Shown: positions 55,401 to 56,298 of the stretch, one piece after another
How positions within the stretch are numbered: position 1 is the first letter of the stretch
Layout of the letters: each line of letters begins with the position of its first letter
From: a virus
Taxonomy: Duplodnaviria; Caudoviricetes
Virus record (IMG/VR): IMGVR_UViG_3300037861_000279
Coordinates: 1 to 56,298 of that record
DNA: 56,298 nucleotides
Direction: 5' to 3' (one strand)
Translations under genes and position numbers: made by a program
The notes under the pieces: generated by a model
Seen by the model: only the letters and a program-made list of their open reading frames with translations
Told to the model about the DNA's origin: nothing
The model's database searches: none

Positions 55401-56298
55401 CCGGATCGCCAGTAACAATCGAGTCAGTGCGGCAGGCCTTCCCTGGACAGACGGTAAACGAAGGTGCCGATGGTAGCTTCATAGTGCACACCACAGGGGG
55501 GATGGTTGTTACGGTCCATCCGAATGCTGACATCGAAGTTGATGCGACTACTGCATCTGCCGCATACCAGAAGACGATCAAGCCTGGCACCAAAGCAGCA
55601 GGCTCTTTCCAGATGATAGGGGGGAAAGCTGTTATCCAGTTGTCCAAAGAAGCTGGCACCAATCCTCTCAAGCACGAAATATATCATGCCGCCGAGGAAA
55701 TGGTACTCACCCAGGCAGAGATTGAGGCTATTCGTAAGAAACACGGGAACTCTGAGCAACGAGCAGAAGCATACAACAACTGGGATGGCGAGACATCTGC
55801 CCCTCTTTTCCAGAAGATCAAAGAATTTTTCCAACAAGTTGCCAAGGCTCTGGGCCTGAAGGTCGACACCAGTGCTGCAGATTCTCGGAAGGCATTTGGT
55901 AAGATCGAGTCTGGCGAAGTTTGGGCAAGAGACCCCAACGACCCCGATGGTTCTATCTCTGTAGACTATTCTATCCGGTCCTTGCCTGGTACCGAGAAAA
56001 GACTGATCGCCTGGAATGCCGAGCACAAGATGGTCCCTGCTGCCAAAATGAAACAGTACATCAAAGATCTGCAGTCAGTTTCTGCGATGATTCTCGGTGG
56101 ACCAGCATCACTGGATTACATTCCGACCAAAGACATCTACAAGGCACTCAAGGACAATTCGGATCCGCACTACAGAAAATTTCTAGACTTCTCTACCATT
56201 TGCAAGAAGAGACTGGAATTGGCAGCAACCCTCGAAGCTATTCAGTTGAAACTCGGGCGTGGTCTTACTCCAAAAGAAATCTCCGACACCAGGCTACA
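52475..56298 (+). CDS. Giant polyvalent virion/ejection protein, N-terminal part (absent from ORF track; joins 2-8284)
   Basis: ATG directly after the upstream TAA; hand translation shows no stop to the window end; 56156-52475 is divisible by 3, so it joins the frame of base 2. Contains Gly-rich hydrophobic segments, EGLQETPQ, a GNAT (YVRPDFRRKGIGKTLM) and a HEIYH zincin. Confidence 0.92.
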   Translation, partial: MALKQGFTDGWATDEDVETAELSKQTADVSKQTDDTLSSDFSDGWSTAEPVAEPELETGTKPEDYSRSLAVGLNRFGQTIGRAIDVVGNVDPTGVLDKVGQDVESFYKKEAEEDQAALSPAMQAAQELKYTTDVEESWKEAPLKNFMSIFQGDAWKSPEKVAGSLLQSAPSTIVGMGTGMGITQGLIKESAKLVADKLIKKGISSGLAGVIGGFIGEGGTASIETGKDVYDLVITAPLEVISKTPEYQKAYEALSGEKLTEKEKEKQARELVADHAAMKSMAKVFAATGMLGSVSGHYMGKLIGGEATGGVAKKVLIGAGTEGLQETPQSGFEIVEQNLQKKKFVNPEQDIWEGVKEGSVEGGVQGMAMGGGMASIPAVLSRGGVQEEKRIDNSALTTLKEGGHIISDDSAAGVDILGGFGFVNQPLDTVIESLADAPIEVLMERLTDDVLSSEHFQNIIGELEESGVNVEDDAEVKQAIIERVIPTMQMSLQVGLATSNMTTVQKRQVISDLNNAEDPSARVKAVEQIEKAIENKKVAQSWANTALDKIDKGAEIVLDQSFIDFAAQDEGTLSSLREESVGNANAEYAGELQRKLNNLEAHKNPSDSVKSNIIQIKHQIGQLEEGLKQNRFNILKAKAEGTPAESITVDGVQQKVDGIEPELLTSEEQIEYVALKKEFGQEAAKAPENQIPAGESKTAEQESTDKAVKKKEDSSSPGSAESDLLLDMAEEAEAVQEGENTKKRKADFEKLSGVASDKAKVPLAPAKGAVVDAELTKGDPVSTSETTPRQRKAQKRLDELAEKAKSYTLTPMDMVERDDLNDELKSGVKYSIKVQEDRTISKETTFNENLFVYLDPINSSQMEERMGREKLLKRHSHDNIEHTSSQFGGWRVLYKNDNGDIVGSIQGVKNPNSGEVIVSNAYVRPDFRRKGIGKTLMEEAEKRFKNITLSGDNSITGAALVDSVVNKEQYSVEDSTGSPVTIESVRQAFPGQTVNEGADGSFIVHTTGGMVVTVHPNADIEVDATTASAAYQKTIKPGTKAAGSFQMIGGKAVIQLSKEAGTNPLKHEIYHAAEEMVLTQAEIEAIRKKHGNSEQRAEAYNNWDGETSAPLFQKIKEFFQQVAKALGLKVDTSAADSRKAFGKIESGEVWARDPNDPDGSISVDYSIRSLPGTEKRLIAWNAEHKMVPAAKMKQYIKDLQSVSAMILGGPASLDYIPTKDIYKALKDNSDPHYRKFLDFSTICKKRLELAATLEAIQLKLGRGLTPKEISDTRL
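56155..56298. repeat. Terminal direct repeat copy 2
   Basis: Identical to 1-144 except T56181 vs C27. Confidence 0.97.

Noticed and set aside
56155-56298. True T7-like physical terminal repeat
   Set aside because: It lies mid-gene and the terminase is PBSX/headful type; an assembly overlap is more likely
1-56298. Stop-codon reassignment
   Set aside because: Standard code gives dense, full-length genes ending in TAA, TAG and TGA

Overview
The window is an apparently complete, circularly permuted tailed-phage genome of about 56.15 kb with podovirus-like gene content. Bases 1-144 repeat at 56155-56298 with one mismatch. Modules: (i) late/structural genes on + from 34700 across the junction to about 12980 (terminase, portal, scaffold, capsid, adaptor/nozzle/tail, ejection proteins, fibres, holin-like genes); (ii) lambdoid-style recombination/replication genes on + at 13295-23391; (iii) a minus-strand block of about 25 mostly small accessory genes at 23470-34268, including two radical-SAM-type proteins, an HD-like protein and an Mrp-like ATPase. 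I found no integrase, CI repressor, DNA polymerase, tRNA, CRISPR array or recognisable endolysin. The main candidate for a novel system is a 3987-aa virion/ejection polyprotein (52475-56154 joined to 1-8284) that the ORF track shows only in part. It holds two HExxH metallopeptidases, two clear GNATs, a Cys-triad radical-SAM-like domain and two further enzyme-like domains. Two different short motifs sit at its domain boundaries: YS[IV]x around peptidase 1 and VSE[AS]P around peptidase 2. This suggests two self-processing effector cassettes, each with its own protease and cut site. All family names come from motif recognition, not database searches.
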